DNA from: a virus
Reading direction: 5' to 3' (one strand)
Virus record (IMG/VR): IMGVR_UViG_3300025530_000002
Length of the DNA stretch: 64,000 bases
The position numbers were made by a program, and so were the translations under genes. Under the pieces are notes generated by a model. That model was given only the letters and a program-made list of their open reading frames with translations. It did no database searches and was not told where the DNA came from. How positions within the stretch are numbered: position 1 is the first letter of the stretch; the number at the start of each line of letters is the position of its first letter. This document shows positions 40,665-49,978 of the stretch, in pieces.

Positions 40665-43600
40665 ATGGCCCTTCGGCGCTACGAGCCTGATTACTTGGGT
40701 ATCGCAGACCGGTATCTGCAGCGCGGCCAGCCGGAAGACGAGCTTACCGCACCCCGTCCGACCCGGCAGCCCGTCGAAGAACCGGCTGGTTTGCGCAAGG
40801 TGACGCCGGCAGAGCGCGCGGAGTGGCGCTTCCGGCGCGCCAACCGCCGCACTGGCGACACTGAGAAGGCGTTCGACCAGGGCGCGGCCAACGTCGGCGC
40901 CAGCGTCATCGCCACACGCGGTCTGGTGCGGAACCTTGTGTCGCCCGGCTCGGGTGACGAGGATCTGATTCGTTCGGTCCGCATAAACGAAAGAGCCGCC
41001 GAGTACGGCCCGCGTGTCCAGCAAATCGAGGACATCGAAAACCCGCTCGACGCGCTGGAGTACGCCCGCAACGTCGCGGTCCAGCAGGTGCCCAACGTGG
41101 CCACCATCATTGCTGGCGGCGGTATCGGCGGCGGTCTGGCGCGCGGTGCGACGGCCGTGGCGGCGCGCCAGGCGGCCAGCCGCGTCGCCCAGCGCGCTGC
41201 TGCGCGTCTAGGCGAGGAGGTCGTTTCGCGCCAGACCCGGAAGCGCGCCGCCGACGTGGCCGCCCGCGCGCTGGCCGGCCGCCGGCGTTACAACGCCGTG
41301 GCCGAAGGTGTGGGGCAGGCAGCGGCCGGTGCGGTCCTGCAGTCCGGACAGATGGCCGAGGCAGCCCTGGACGACACCCAGATCCAGGACCCGCGCCAGC
41401 GTGCGGCCATGGCGCTGACCGGCGCGGCCGTCACCGGCGCCATCGACGCGCTGCCGGTCAGCCGCCTGATGAAGCGCCTAGGCCTGTCGAGCGCCGATGA
41501 TGCGGCCAAGTTCGTGGCGCAAGGCCCGCTTGTCCAGCGCGTCACCAAGCAGGCGGCGCGGCAGGGTCTGGAAGAGGCCACCACTGAGGTCGTGCAGACC
41601 GTGGGCGAGCTGGCCACGCACAAGTGGATCAACAACAACGTCGAGCTGCTGGACGACGACGCGCTGAGCCAGTACGCCAACGCGTTCGTCGGCGGCTTCG
41701 TCGGCGGCGCCGCCTTCGGTGCGCCAGCCGGCCTGCGCGGCAGCACGTCGGATGACCGGCTGTTCGCCCGCGTGCGTGATGGACTGCGCGAGGGCTTCAA
41801 CAGCCTGCGCGAGAAGCTGCCGGGGCTGTTTGGCCAGGTTGGCGAGCCTGTGGAAGATATACAGGCGCCTCCGAATCGCGGCTCCGGTACGCGCGCCGAG
41901 GCGGAGCCCCCGCGCGGCTCCGGCACGCGAGCCGGGACGGAGACCCCGCGTGCCGAGACGGCGGCCCCGCGCGGCGAGGCGGAGACCCCGCGCGGCGAGG
42001 CGGAGACCTCGCGCGTGCGCGACACGTTCGACCGGTTCCTGAACGCCGAGCGCGCGTCGATGGAGTTCGACGAGCTGCTGGCGTCCTTGGAGGAAAAGCC
42101 CTACGACTTCCAGGAGATCGGCAACGAGGCGGTTCTGGCCGGTGCGCCGGCTGGCAAGTTCGTCAACCCGGCGCGCCTGGCGGAAGTGCGCACGAACTTC
42201 GGCCTGACCAAGTCGCAGGCGCTGATGGCCGCTGCCCTGCCGACCGAGCCGGCGATCCAGCGCATGGCTTCCGACGGCACTCTGGACGTGGCGTACCGGG
42301 CTTTCACGGGCGCGGACGTGAAGCGCTTCACGCCGGAGCAGAAGCGCCAGCTGGTCGATTACGTCAACGCGCTGCCGAAGGAACAGGCCACGATGTTCAA
42401 GCGCACCCTGGCCTTCGTCGAGGCCTTGGCGCGCCGGGGGCTGCTGGAGCGCGATGCGGACGGCAACCTGTCCGAGGCGTACATCTACGACCCGGCGACG
42501 GCCGGGCAGTTCGCGGAGGCCAGCGCAGCGGCGCAGGCCGACCCGAGCGAGCTGCAGCAGCTGGGCGAGACGGAGATCTCGCCTCAATCCGATCCGAGGA
42601 CGATCGCCCGTACGGTGCTGCGCGCAGCGCGCGGCACCAAGATCACGCAGGGGATGCCGCCGCGTGACCTGGTGATGACCGACGGGCAGGAGCGCCGTGT
42701 GCTGCAGTTCGGCGCGGCCCTGCGCGCGGCGCGCGAGGCTGATCCGGACGCCGCTCAATCAGTCGATGCCATCCAGGACGCGAACGAGAAGCTCCGCGCT
42801 CAGGTGGCCCTGGTCGACAGCTACTTGCGCGAGCAGGGGTGGCGCATCGACCTGGCTTCGGTGCGCCCTTCCGTGCGGTTCGGCGAGGGCTGGGGACTGA
42901 CCCCCGCCCTGGCCCGGCAGCTGCGCACGGACTTGGGCGAGGAGCAGGGGCGCCCGCGCTGGGAGCAGACTCCGCTGGCGCGCGCGGCGCGCGGCGAGGA
43001 AGCGATCTCGCCGGCCGAGCTGGAGCTGGCCCGGGAGCGTATCGAGCGCGAGCGCCCGCGTGCGATCGACGACGACTACGGTCAGGCCGACCGCATGGAG
43101 ATCGAACAGCTGACCGGCGATGCGGACGGCATCGAGCCCCCGCCGCGCGTGGCCCTGCCTGGCACCGGTCCGCAGTCGGGTACCTACACCATGCGCCGGG
43201 AGCCGCGTACGCCGCCGGCCGGGCCGTCTTTCACCGAGCTGTGGGAGCGTGAGCTGCGTCGCAGCGGCTTGCGCGAAGAGGACGGGCGGATCGTGCGCCG
43301 CAACGGCCGTCCGATCACGCCGGAGATGGAGGCGACGATTCGGCGCAAGGTCGAGCGCCAGCTGACCCAGCAGGGCGTGGAGCGCCTGCCGCCGAACCCG
43401 CAGGCCCAGCCGTTCGACAATGCGCGTGTCCGGGAGGCCGAGCGCCGAGGTATGCGCGACGCCTCGCTGGACACCCGAGGCGAGGATGCGGGCTTCGCGG
43501 ATAGGGCGGCGCTCGATGAAGAGCGCAAGGTCGAGCGTATCCAGACGAGCATTCTGGAGGGGCAAGAGCGCCGCCGCAACGAAGCTGCAGCCGAGCGCAA

Positions 43601-46600
43601 AGAGCGGCTGGCCGCGCGCAAATTCAAAGCGACGCCGGCCAAGCGCAAAGCGCAACCGACCGAGCGCGAAGCGCAGCTGAGCGATCGTGATGTTTCGCAG
43701 CGCGAGTTCCTCGAAAGCATCCGCAGCATGCTCCACAGCAGGGAAGAGATCGAGCGCTTCGAGGCGCGCCTGCAGCGCGTGCGCTCGCCCGCCACGCTGG
43801 TGGCGCTGCGCGACGCAATTATGGCCAATCGGGACGCGCCGTTCGCTGACACTGCGCTCGCGGCCGTCGTGGAGCGCTCGATCGCGTTGCGTGAGGCCAC
43901 TCTTGCGGCGTCTGCGCGCTCCGCGGAGGCCATCAGGGCCGGGAAAAGCCGCTTCACGATGGTCAACAGCAATGAGTACATCCGTCGGGTCGAAGCGCTG
44001 CGCAACGGCTTGAAGCAACTGGCGTCGCAGACGGACGTATACGACTTGCAGGACGTGCTCAAGATCATCGCGCGCATCACTACGTCTGAACGGCAGCGTG
44101 CGGTGGTCGACGCGCTGCTGCAGTCGCGCGCCGCCCGCGGCGTCAAAATCCGCTTCACGTACAGCTCCAAAGCGCCCAACGGCGCGTACCACCTCGGTAG
44201 CGACACGATCGAACTGGACCTCACCGACCCGCAGCCCCTGCGCATCAGCGGGCGCTCTGCGTGGTATGACGCGCTGTCAGCCATCCTGCATGAGGCGGTG
44301 CACGCGGCGACGTACAAGGGGGAGATGGCCCGCCCGCTGATGCGCAAGGAGCTGAACGACCTGCTGCTCCACGTGCGCACGGAGCTGGCGAAGCAGGGCG
44401 TGGACGTGGACTCCTGGTACGGCCTGTCCGACACCCAGGAGTTCCTGGCGGAAGCGTTCACCAACCCGCACCTGCAGGCCCTGCTGGAGTCGGTCCCGGC
44501 GGCTAACACCAACACGTTCCGCAACGCTTGGGAGCAGTTCAAGAACTGGCTTGCCCGTCTGCTGGGCTTGGCGACGGACAAGCGCGCGCAGACTGCGCTG
44601 GACGAAGTGCTCACCTTCGGACGGGTGCTCATGCAGGAAACCGCGCAGGCGCGCTTGGACACCCAGACGGACATCTACGCCGGCGCCGGGCCCAGCGTGC
44701 TCAACAGCGCCACCCTCCCAGAGGAGCCGACCGACTGGGTGGTGACCCTCAAGCCGGAGGACAAGGCTCGGCTGCTGGCGGCGTTCGAAGCCCCGAAGAT
44801 CCGCAACCAGATCGCCAGGGCGCTGCCGAAGGACATGCGCCACCTGGTGTACTCGGCCGACGCTGGCCCGTACATCCTGATCAACACCGGCGTGGCCATG
44901 TACCTGGACGGCAAGCTGGACCTGAGCAGCAAGGACCGCGGCGCGGTGCGGCGGCTGTGGGACACCATCAGCGAGGCGCTGCGCATCCCCAACGCGAACG
45001 TCTACGCCAAACAGATCCTGGCAGACATCAAATCGGGCTACCTGCAGCAGCGAGGGAAGTACTACGATGCCCGCAAGCGCGTCCTGATCCGCAACCCGGA
45101 GGACCGGATCGGCCGGATGGCGTACCGGGCGCACCGCTGGATGCAGCGTCATGTGCAGCCGGTCTACGAAGGGCTGCTGAAGAACATGCACAGCCGCCTG
45201 CGCGCCGAGGGCATCCCGGCCATGCGCGAACTGGCCACGCTGATCTCCGAACGTACGGGTGAGTTCCGCGCCGACGACCAGCAGAGCTATCGACGCCGCT
45301 GGAACCGACAGGAGACCCGGCTCCTTAACCGGCTCGCCCCCATCCTGAGCGATCTGACGCCGCGCGAGGAGCGCATCCTGGTGCGCGCGCTGCAGCGCGG
45401 CAAGCTGCCGGCGAAGTACGCCAACGACAAGCGCTACAAGGCCAAGTACAACGCCATCCGCAAGTACCTCGACGACATGTACGATTACATGACGGAGGCC
45501 GGCGTGGAGCTTGGCCGGGTGGACAACTTCTTCCCGGTCGTCATGGACGCGGACAAGGTGCAGCGCCAGCGCGATCTGTTCTTCGAGCTGCACCGGGCGC
45601 CGAACCTGGAGCGCCCGATCCGGCAGCGCTTCGCCAAGTACGCCACCGAGTACGTGCGCCGGCTGGAGGCCAAGCCGAAGCTGTCCAAGGCCGAGCGTGA
45701 CAAGCTCGACGCCATGACCCGGTACATGAACGACGTGCTCGACCCTGAGAAGGTCCCGATCGACGAGCTGATCGAAGACCTGTACCAGATGGCTATCTTT
45801 GGTGGCCGTGAGCACTACGTTGCCGGCGTCAACTTCGCCGACTCGGCCCACGTGCCGTCGTTCAGCTCGATCCAGCCGCGGACCAGCTCGTTCATCTTCA
45901 CCCACGGTACGCCTGAGCAGCGCCGGCTGTTCGCCAAGTTCCAGAAGACCAACCTGACCGGCATCCTGGTCAAGTACACCCGCCGGGCCGTGCGTCGGGC
46001 GGAGTGGGAGCGCATGGGACTGACCGACCAGATCCAGAACCTGTTCGAGCAAGCCCGTGTGCAGGGTGCGGATGACCGCCAGCTCCAGATGATGCAGGAC
46101 TACCTGAACATGGAGATGGGGGTCTACAACGACGACTGGAACCCGGTCATCAAGCGCATCCTGACCGGTATCGACACCGTCTTCGGCTCGAAGCTGGCCC
46201 AGACCGACTTCCAGAAATGGAAGGGCGCCCAGGCGGCGCTGATGACCTACAACAACCTGCGCCTGCTGCCGCTGGCGGTGGCTTCGGCGTTCGTCGATCC
46301 GCTGGCGGTGATGGTGCGTGCCGGTGGCGTGCGCGACGCGTTCGGCGCGTACCGCGACGCCCTGCGTGCGTTGCGCAACGTGGGCGGCAACGACGAGCTG
46401 CGTAAATTCGCCGAGCTGTACGGCTACATCGAGCGCGAGGGCATGGGCGACGTCCTGGCCCCGCTGTACGGCGGCACCTACGACCCGGACTCGCGTCTGG
46501 GCAAGATCAACTCGGCCTTGTTCCGGTACAACGGCCTGGAGGCGATGACCCGGTTTACCCGTCTGGCGGCGCTGGCCGCCGGCCACCGGTTCCTGATCCG

Positions 46601-47225
46601 CCACGCGTTCAACCCGGATGCGAACAGCGCTCGGTACCTGCGCGAGCTGGGCCTGACCGCCGAGGACATCCGGCTGACCAAGAACGGCAAGTTCGTGGTC
46701 CAGACGCCGAAGGTCCAGGCGGCCCTGCGGCGGTTCGTGGATGAAGCCACGGTGCGTCCGGAGCCGGGCGACCGGCCGAGCTGGCACAACGACCCGAACT
46801 TCAACCTGGCCAGCCAGTACAAAGGCTACCTGTACGCCTTCTACGAGAAGGTCATGGTCCGGGCGCTGCACGAGCTGCGGTTCGGCAACCCGGCCGTGCT
46901 CGTGCCGCTGATGATGTACCTGCCGGTCACCATGATGGGCGAGATCGCGCGCGACCTGCTGCAGGGCGACGCCGACGACAAGGACCCGGAGGACTACCTG
47001 TGGCTGGCGGTGGACCGCTCTGGTCTGCTGGGGCCGCGCGCCGGTACGATCAACGACACCGCGACCAACTTCAAGTACGGCGACGGCGTCCTCGGCACCC
47101 TGGCAGGCCCCACTGGACGTCAGCTCGCGGACGCGTACGATACCCTGACGGGCGACGAGGAGCTGTCCGACCTGCTGCTTGAGGCGCTGCCCGGGCAGGC
47201 GCTGTACAAGAAGTGGGGAGACTGA
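40665..47225 (+). CDS. giant (2186-aa) virion/ejection protein with an HExxH motif
   Basis: Internal ATG 40665 lies 4 nt after the upstream stop. Gly-rich hydrophobic segments VATIIAGGGIGGGLARGA and AFVGGFVGGAAFGAPAGL. PRGSGTRA/PRGEAET repeats. HEAVH at 44289-44303. Confidence 0.9.
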   Translation: MALRRYEPDYLGIADRYLQRGQPEDELTAPRPTRQPVEEPAGLRKVTPAERAEWRFRRANRRTGDTEKAFDQGAANVGASVIATRGLVRNLVSPGSGDEDLIRSVRINERAAEYGPRVQQIEDIENPLDALEYARNVAVQQVPNVATIIAGGGIGGGLARGATAVAARQAASRVAQRAAARLGEEVVSRQTRKRAADVAARALAGRRRYNAVAEGVGQAAAGAVLQSGQMAEAALDDTQIQDPRQRAAMALTGAAVTGAIDALPVSRLMKRLGLSSADDAAKFVAQGPLVQRVTKQAARQGLEEATTEVVQTVGELATHKWINNNVELLDDDALSQYANAFVGGFVGGAAFGAPAGLRGSTSDDRLFARVRDGLREGFNSLREKLPGLFGQVGEPVEDIQAPPNRGSGTRAEAEPPRGSGTRAGTETPRAETAAPRGEAETPRGEAETSRVRDTFDRFLNAERASMEFDELLASLEEKPYDFQEIGNEAVLAGAPAGKFVNPARLAEVRTNFGLTKSQALMAAALPTEPAIQRMASDGTLDVAYRAFTGADVKRFTPEQKRQLVDYVNALPKEQATMFKRTLAFVEALARRGLLERDADGNLSEAYIYDPATAGQFAEASAAAQADPSELQQLGETEISPQSDPRTIARTVLRAARGTKITQGMPPRDLVMTDGQERRVLQFGAALRAAREADPDAAQSVDAIQDANEKLRAQVALVDSYLREQGWRIDLASVRPSVRFGEGWGLTPALARQLRTDLGEEQGRPRWEQTPLARAARGEEAISPAELELARERIERERPRAIDDDYGQADRMEIEQLTGDADGIEPPPRVALPGTGPQSGTYTMRREPRTPPAGPSFTELWERELRRSGLREEDGRIVRRNGRPITPEMEATIRRKVERQLTQQGVERLPPNPQAQPFDNARVREAERRGMRDASLDTRGEDAGFADRAALDEERKVERIQTSILEGQERRRNEAAAERKERLAARKFKATPAKRKAQPTEREAQLSDRDVSQREFLESIRSMLHSREEIERFEARLQRVRSPATLVALRDAIMANRDAPFADTALAAVVERSIALREATLAASARSAEAIRAGKSRFTMVNSNEYIRRVEALRNGLKQLASQTDVYDLQDVLKIIARITTSERQRAVVDALLQSRAARGVKIRFTYSSKAPNGAYHLGSDTIELDLTDPQPLRISGRSAWYDALSAILHEAVHAATYKGEMARPLMRKELNDLLLHVRTELAKQGVDVDSWYGLSDTQEFLAEAFTNPHLQALLESVPAANTNTFRNAWEQFKNWLARLLGLATDKRAQTALDEVLTFGRVLMQETAQARLDTQTDIYAGAGPSVLNSATLPEEPTDWVVTLKPEDKARLLAAFEAPKIRNQIARALPKDMRHLVYSADAGPYILINTGVAMYLDGKLDLSSKDRGAVRRLWDTISEALRIPNANVYAKQILADIKSGYLQQRGKYYDARKRVLIRNPEDRIGRMAYRAHRWMQRHVQPVYEGLLKNMHSRLRAEGIPAMRELATLISERTGEFRADDQQSYRRRWNRQETRLLNRLAPILSDLTPREERILVRALQRGKLPAKYANDKRYKAKYNAIRKYLDDMYDYMTEAGVELGRVDNFFPVVMDADKVQRQRDLFFELHRAPNLERPIRQRFAKYATEYVRRLEAKPKLSKAERDKLDAMTRYMNDVLDPEKVPIDELIEDLYQMAIFGGREHYVAGVNFADSAHVPSFSSIQPRTSSFIFTHGTPEQRRLFAKFQKTNLTGILVKYTRRAVRRAEWERMGLTDQIQNLFEQARVQGADDRQLQMMQDYLNMEMGVYNDDWNPVIKRILTGIDTVFGSKLAQTDFQKWKGAQAALMTYNNLRLLPLAVASAFVDPLAVMVRAGGVRDAFGAYRDALRALRNVGGNDELRKFAELYGYIEREGMGDVLAPLYGGTYDPDSRLGKINSALFRYNGLEAMTRFTRLAALAAGHRFLIRHAFNPDANSARYLRELGLTAEDIRLTKNGKFVVQTPKVQAALRRFVDEATVRPEPGDRPSWHNDPNFNLASQYKGYLYAFYEKVMVRALHELRFGNPAVLVPLMMYLPVTMMGEIARDLLQGDADDKDPEDYLWLAVDRSGLLGPRAGTINDTATNFKYGDGVLGTLAGPTGRQLADAYDTLTGDEELSDLLLEALPGQALYKKWGD

Positions 47226-47238
47226 CGGAGACAGGGCC

Positions 47239-47427
47239 ATGAGCACGACAGAAGAGTTCCTCCACACGTACGGTATCTGCCAAGGCGAGGCCGAGTACGC
47301 CGTGACTCCGGGCGTCGCGTCCCAGATCGCCGCGACGTTCGGTCAGGAGCTGCACGAGGGTGAGCGCCTGATCCTGACCCTGCGCAACGGGCAGCAGATC
47401 GAAGTGGTTCAGTGGAAGGTGCACTGA
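47239..47427 (+). CDS. small hypothetical protein
   Basis: Internal ATG 47239 with a GGAGA RBS. 62 aa. Confidence 0.65.
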   Translation: MSTTEEFLHTYGICQGEAEYAVTPGVASQIAATFGQELHEGERLILTLRNGQQIEVVQWKVH

Positions 47428-47428
47428 C

Positions 47429-49162
47429 ATGCGTGTCCGTACACTGCGCGCGATGGTGCTCAATAGCGACTACGCCGCCGAAGGGGGCTACTGGTTCATG
47501 CGGCGGTGGAACTTCCTCGCCGACATGACGGGCAACAGCGCCGGGCTGCCAGGTGGTGAATACGGCGACTACACGCCGACGCGCATCCGATTCGACCGCT
47601 TCGAACTGACCGCACCGCCCGGCGTCGAAGTCTACGCGGATCTGGCGGTCGCCGATGTGTCGGACATTGGCGCGGCGTACAAATATAACTACTACGAGCC
47701 CCACGGCGGGGCCGTCCTCTACGCGGGGGAGTCGTGGCCGGTCAATCCGGTACCTGTCGCCTACGACAACACCGGCTGGTATGGCGCGTCGCCGTACCTG
47801 GCCGTCACTCTGGAGCTGAGCGTGTACTCCGACGACGTCGGCGCGTTGCCGTCGTGGGCGATCGCCCTTGAGTTCGACCTGACCATCGAGGTGCTTGCGT
47901 ACGGCGAATGGGTGCCGTTGGCCGACGTTCTCAGTACGCCGGGCGAAATGTATGCCTACGACACCACCGGGGTGTCTCGTCCGTTTGAGTGGCAGCTTGG
48001 CGAAGACCTGGTTGCGTCAGGCGACGTGGCGATCGACTCCAACGAGCAGGTGTGTTTCTGGACCGACCTGGTCTTCGTCCAGCAGTACTGCGAAGACTCC
48101 GGCGGCGAGACGCTCTTCGGCACCTTGACGGTAGACACTTCGGAGTCGGTGGGCGCGGCCAGGGCGTACCTGTCCGACGGCAACTGGGCCGACCCAGACT
48201 TCCTCGGCAGTCTGCCTGACCCGGGCGACTTCCCGCCGGTCGACCTGCGCTACACCTCGGTCAATCTGGCCGACCTGGACTACTACACCATCTACGGTAT
48301 CTACGGCACTGAGCTGCAAGTAGGCAACGTTACCTACGGCGGCGGGGCGTTCTATTCGAGTACGACGCTGTCGGGCATCTCGGAAAACAACAACCCTGGC
48401 AGGTTCGTGTACAGCTTTAGGGGCGACGCCCCCTGGAATCAGCACGACGCGCTGCTCCAACAGCTGTTCGTGCAGACGGACAGCCTGTATGTCCTGCTCG
48501 ACGCTCGTCCAATCGAGCGCGACTTTACAGTCACGTACTACGGCGCCGACCTGCTCAGCAATGAACCGGCGGGCGCTCAGCATTACTCCGCTGGCGTGAC
48601 GTTTAGAGGCTATACGTCGGTCGGCGATGAGCTGGTGTACAACAATTCCACCGTGGTTGTGCGAACGCCGGACGCGTATCGTTACACCACTATGGGGGCC
48701 ATATACTACAATTATCTAGACATCGAGGTCCGTATCACCGGCGCCGCTAGTACAGCGACACAGTACTCGTTCACGGCGAACATGTGGCTGCGCTATCCGT
48801 CCCCGACGCCGGTTATCGGCACGGTGGAAAACCTGTTTTTCTACGACGCGGACATCTTCGGCGACCCGGGTACGACAGTCCCGCCCGAAGAGACGCGGAT
48901 GTACGAACCCGGGGAGCTGGAGGTGGTCTACATCCCAGACCCCGGCGTCGTACTCGACGACAACGACTACCCGCCGCGTGTCGGGTACTGCGTCCGGGTG
49001 GCGTCGCAGACGTTCCTCGATAGGCTGGCGGACGGCGACGCTAGCTATGCGGATCTGCTCTTCAACACGAGCAGCGAGCGCTGGCTGTACGGGACCTTGA
49101 AGATCAACGGACAGCCCCGTGGCATCATCCGGATCGTCAGGTACGGCGGCGGCGACGGCTGA
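47429..49162 (+). CDS. Y/D/G-rich large protein (receptor-binding/tailspike candidate)
   Basis: 577-aa ORF. GC is locally lower: 61 of 120 by hand count in 48601-48720. Confidence 0.8.
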   Translation: MRVRTLRAMVLNSDYAAEGGYWFMRRWNFLADMTGNSAGLPGGEYGDYTPTRIRFDRFELTAPPGVEVYADLAVADVSDIGAAYKYNYYEPHGGAVLYAGESWPVNPVPVAYDNTGWYGASPYLAVTLELSVYSDDVGALPSWAIALEFDLTIEVLAYGEWVPLADVLSTPGEMYAYDTTGVSRPFEWQLGEDLVASGDVAIDSNEQVCFWTDLVFVQQYCEDSGGETLFGTLTVDTSESVGAARAYLSDGNWADPDFLGSLPDPGDFPPVDLRYTSVNLADLDYYTIYGIYGTELQVGNVTYGGGAFYSSTTLSGISENNNPGRFVYSFRGDAPWNQHDALLQQLFVQTDSLYVLLDARPIERDFTVTYYGADLLSNEPAGAQHYSAGVTFRGYTSVGDELVYNNSTVVVRTPDAYRYTTMGAIYYNYLDIEVRITGAASTATQYSFTANMWLRYPSPTPVIGTVENLFFYDADIFGDPGTTVPPEETRMYEPGELEVVYIPDPGVVLDDNDYPPRVGYCVRVASQTFLDRLADGDASYADLLFNTSSERWLYGTLKINGQPRGIIRIVRYGGGDG

Positions 49163-49223
49163 TACTATACCCCCGTCGCCGGGGCCAGGCGACACACCAC
49201 AACGTCAACTAGAGAGGTGCGAT

Positions 49224-49451
49224 ATGGCCAAGCTGAAGTCCATCAACAAGTATGCCTCGGCTCCGCTGGCGCCGAACCCCCTGCCGGCCGGCGCCCTGAT
49301 GCTGGTCGAGATCGACGGCAACGTGTACCGCATCGATCCGTCCGCGGTCGGCGGCGCCGCGCTGCCGGACTGGGTGGCCAACATGCCGACCGAGGCGGGC
49401 GACTCGGGCACCGTCTACAACGACAACGGTGTGCTGAAGGTCAGCCCCTGA
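49224..49451 (+). CDS. small hypothetical protein
   Basis: Internal ATG 49224 with a GAGAGGTG RBS. 75 aa. Confidence 0.65.
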   Translation: MAKLKSINKYASAPLAPNPLPAGALMLVEIDGNVYRIDPSAVGGAALPDWVANMPTEAGDSGTVYNDNGVLKVSP

Positions 49452-49482
49452 GTTCTACCCGACCGTTCGCGTTGCGAGCCTT

Positions 49483-49509
49483 GCCCCCGCAAAACGCGGG
49501 GGCTTTTTT
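49483..49509 (+). terminator. rho-independent terminator ending the rightward block
   Basis: GCCCCCGC-AAAAC-GCGGGGGC followed by TTTTTT. Lies between convergent genes. Confidence 0.85.
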
Positions 49510-49534
49510 CAGAGCACGTCAGGTGGAACCGGTA

Positions 49535-49975
49535 TTAGACCCCAGTACCGAAGTAGAACACGTAGTCGCCGGTCAGGGTGATCTGCGTGACGCCGTCGGT
49601 GACGACGACGGTGAACGAACCCGAGATGACGGTGTTGCGCCCGGTGGCGCTCACGGTGACCGTCAGTCCACTGTGGGAGATCGTGGCACCTCCGGTGACG
49701 GTGCGCGACACGATGCTGTAGCTGCCAGTGCCGCCAGAACAATTCACGGTGGCGCTACGGCTGACGCCCCCCGTCGTGGTATGCGGCCAGCTACCAACCA
49801 GCGTACTCGGCACCAGCGATGCTTGGAACGGGGCGTTGGTCGGCCATACCTTAACCCACGCGCCGCCTTGGCGGGTGTAGATGCTCTGCGGTGAGATCCA
49901 TCCGCCGCCTTGGCGGACGCGAATAGCGGATGGGGAGACTGGCTGACCTCCCCACTTAACCTTGAAATCTGCCAT
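49535..49975 (-). CDS. tail fibre-associated protein
   Basis: 146-aa T/S/G-rich beta-type ORF, downstream of the fibre gene. Confidence 0.75.
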   Translation of the reverse strand: MADFKVKWGGQPVSPSAIRVRQGGGWISPQSIYTRQGGAWVKVWPTNAPFQASLVPSTLVGSWPHTTTGGVSRSATVNCSGGTGSYSIVSRTVTGGATISHSGLTVTVSATGRNTVISGSFTVVVTDGVTQITLTGDYVFYFGTGV

Positions 49976-49978
49976 AGC

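Noticed and set aside
40665-47225. N4-like virion RNA polymerase, suggested by the N4-type capsid
   Set aside because: The protein is much shorter than my recollection of N4 vRNAP. I could not find T7-like polymerase motifs (no convincing Rx3Kx7YG or catalytic Asp motifs). The only clear motif is HExxH.
42759-47267. Minus-strand ORFs of 996, 496 and 477 aa, and several plus-strand ORFs, inside the giant gene
   Set aside because: All are alternative frames or the antisense strand of the 2186-aa ORF. That ORF alone has balanced composition and an uninterrupted 6.5-kb frame.
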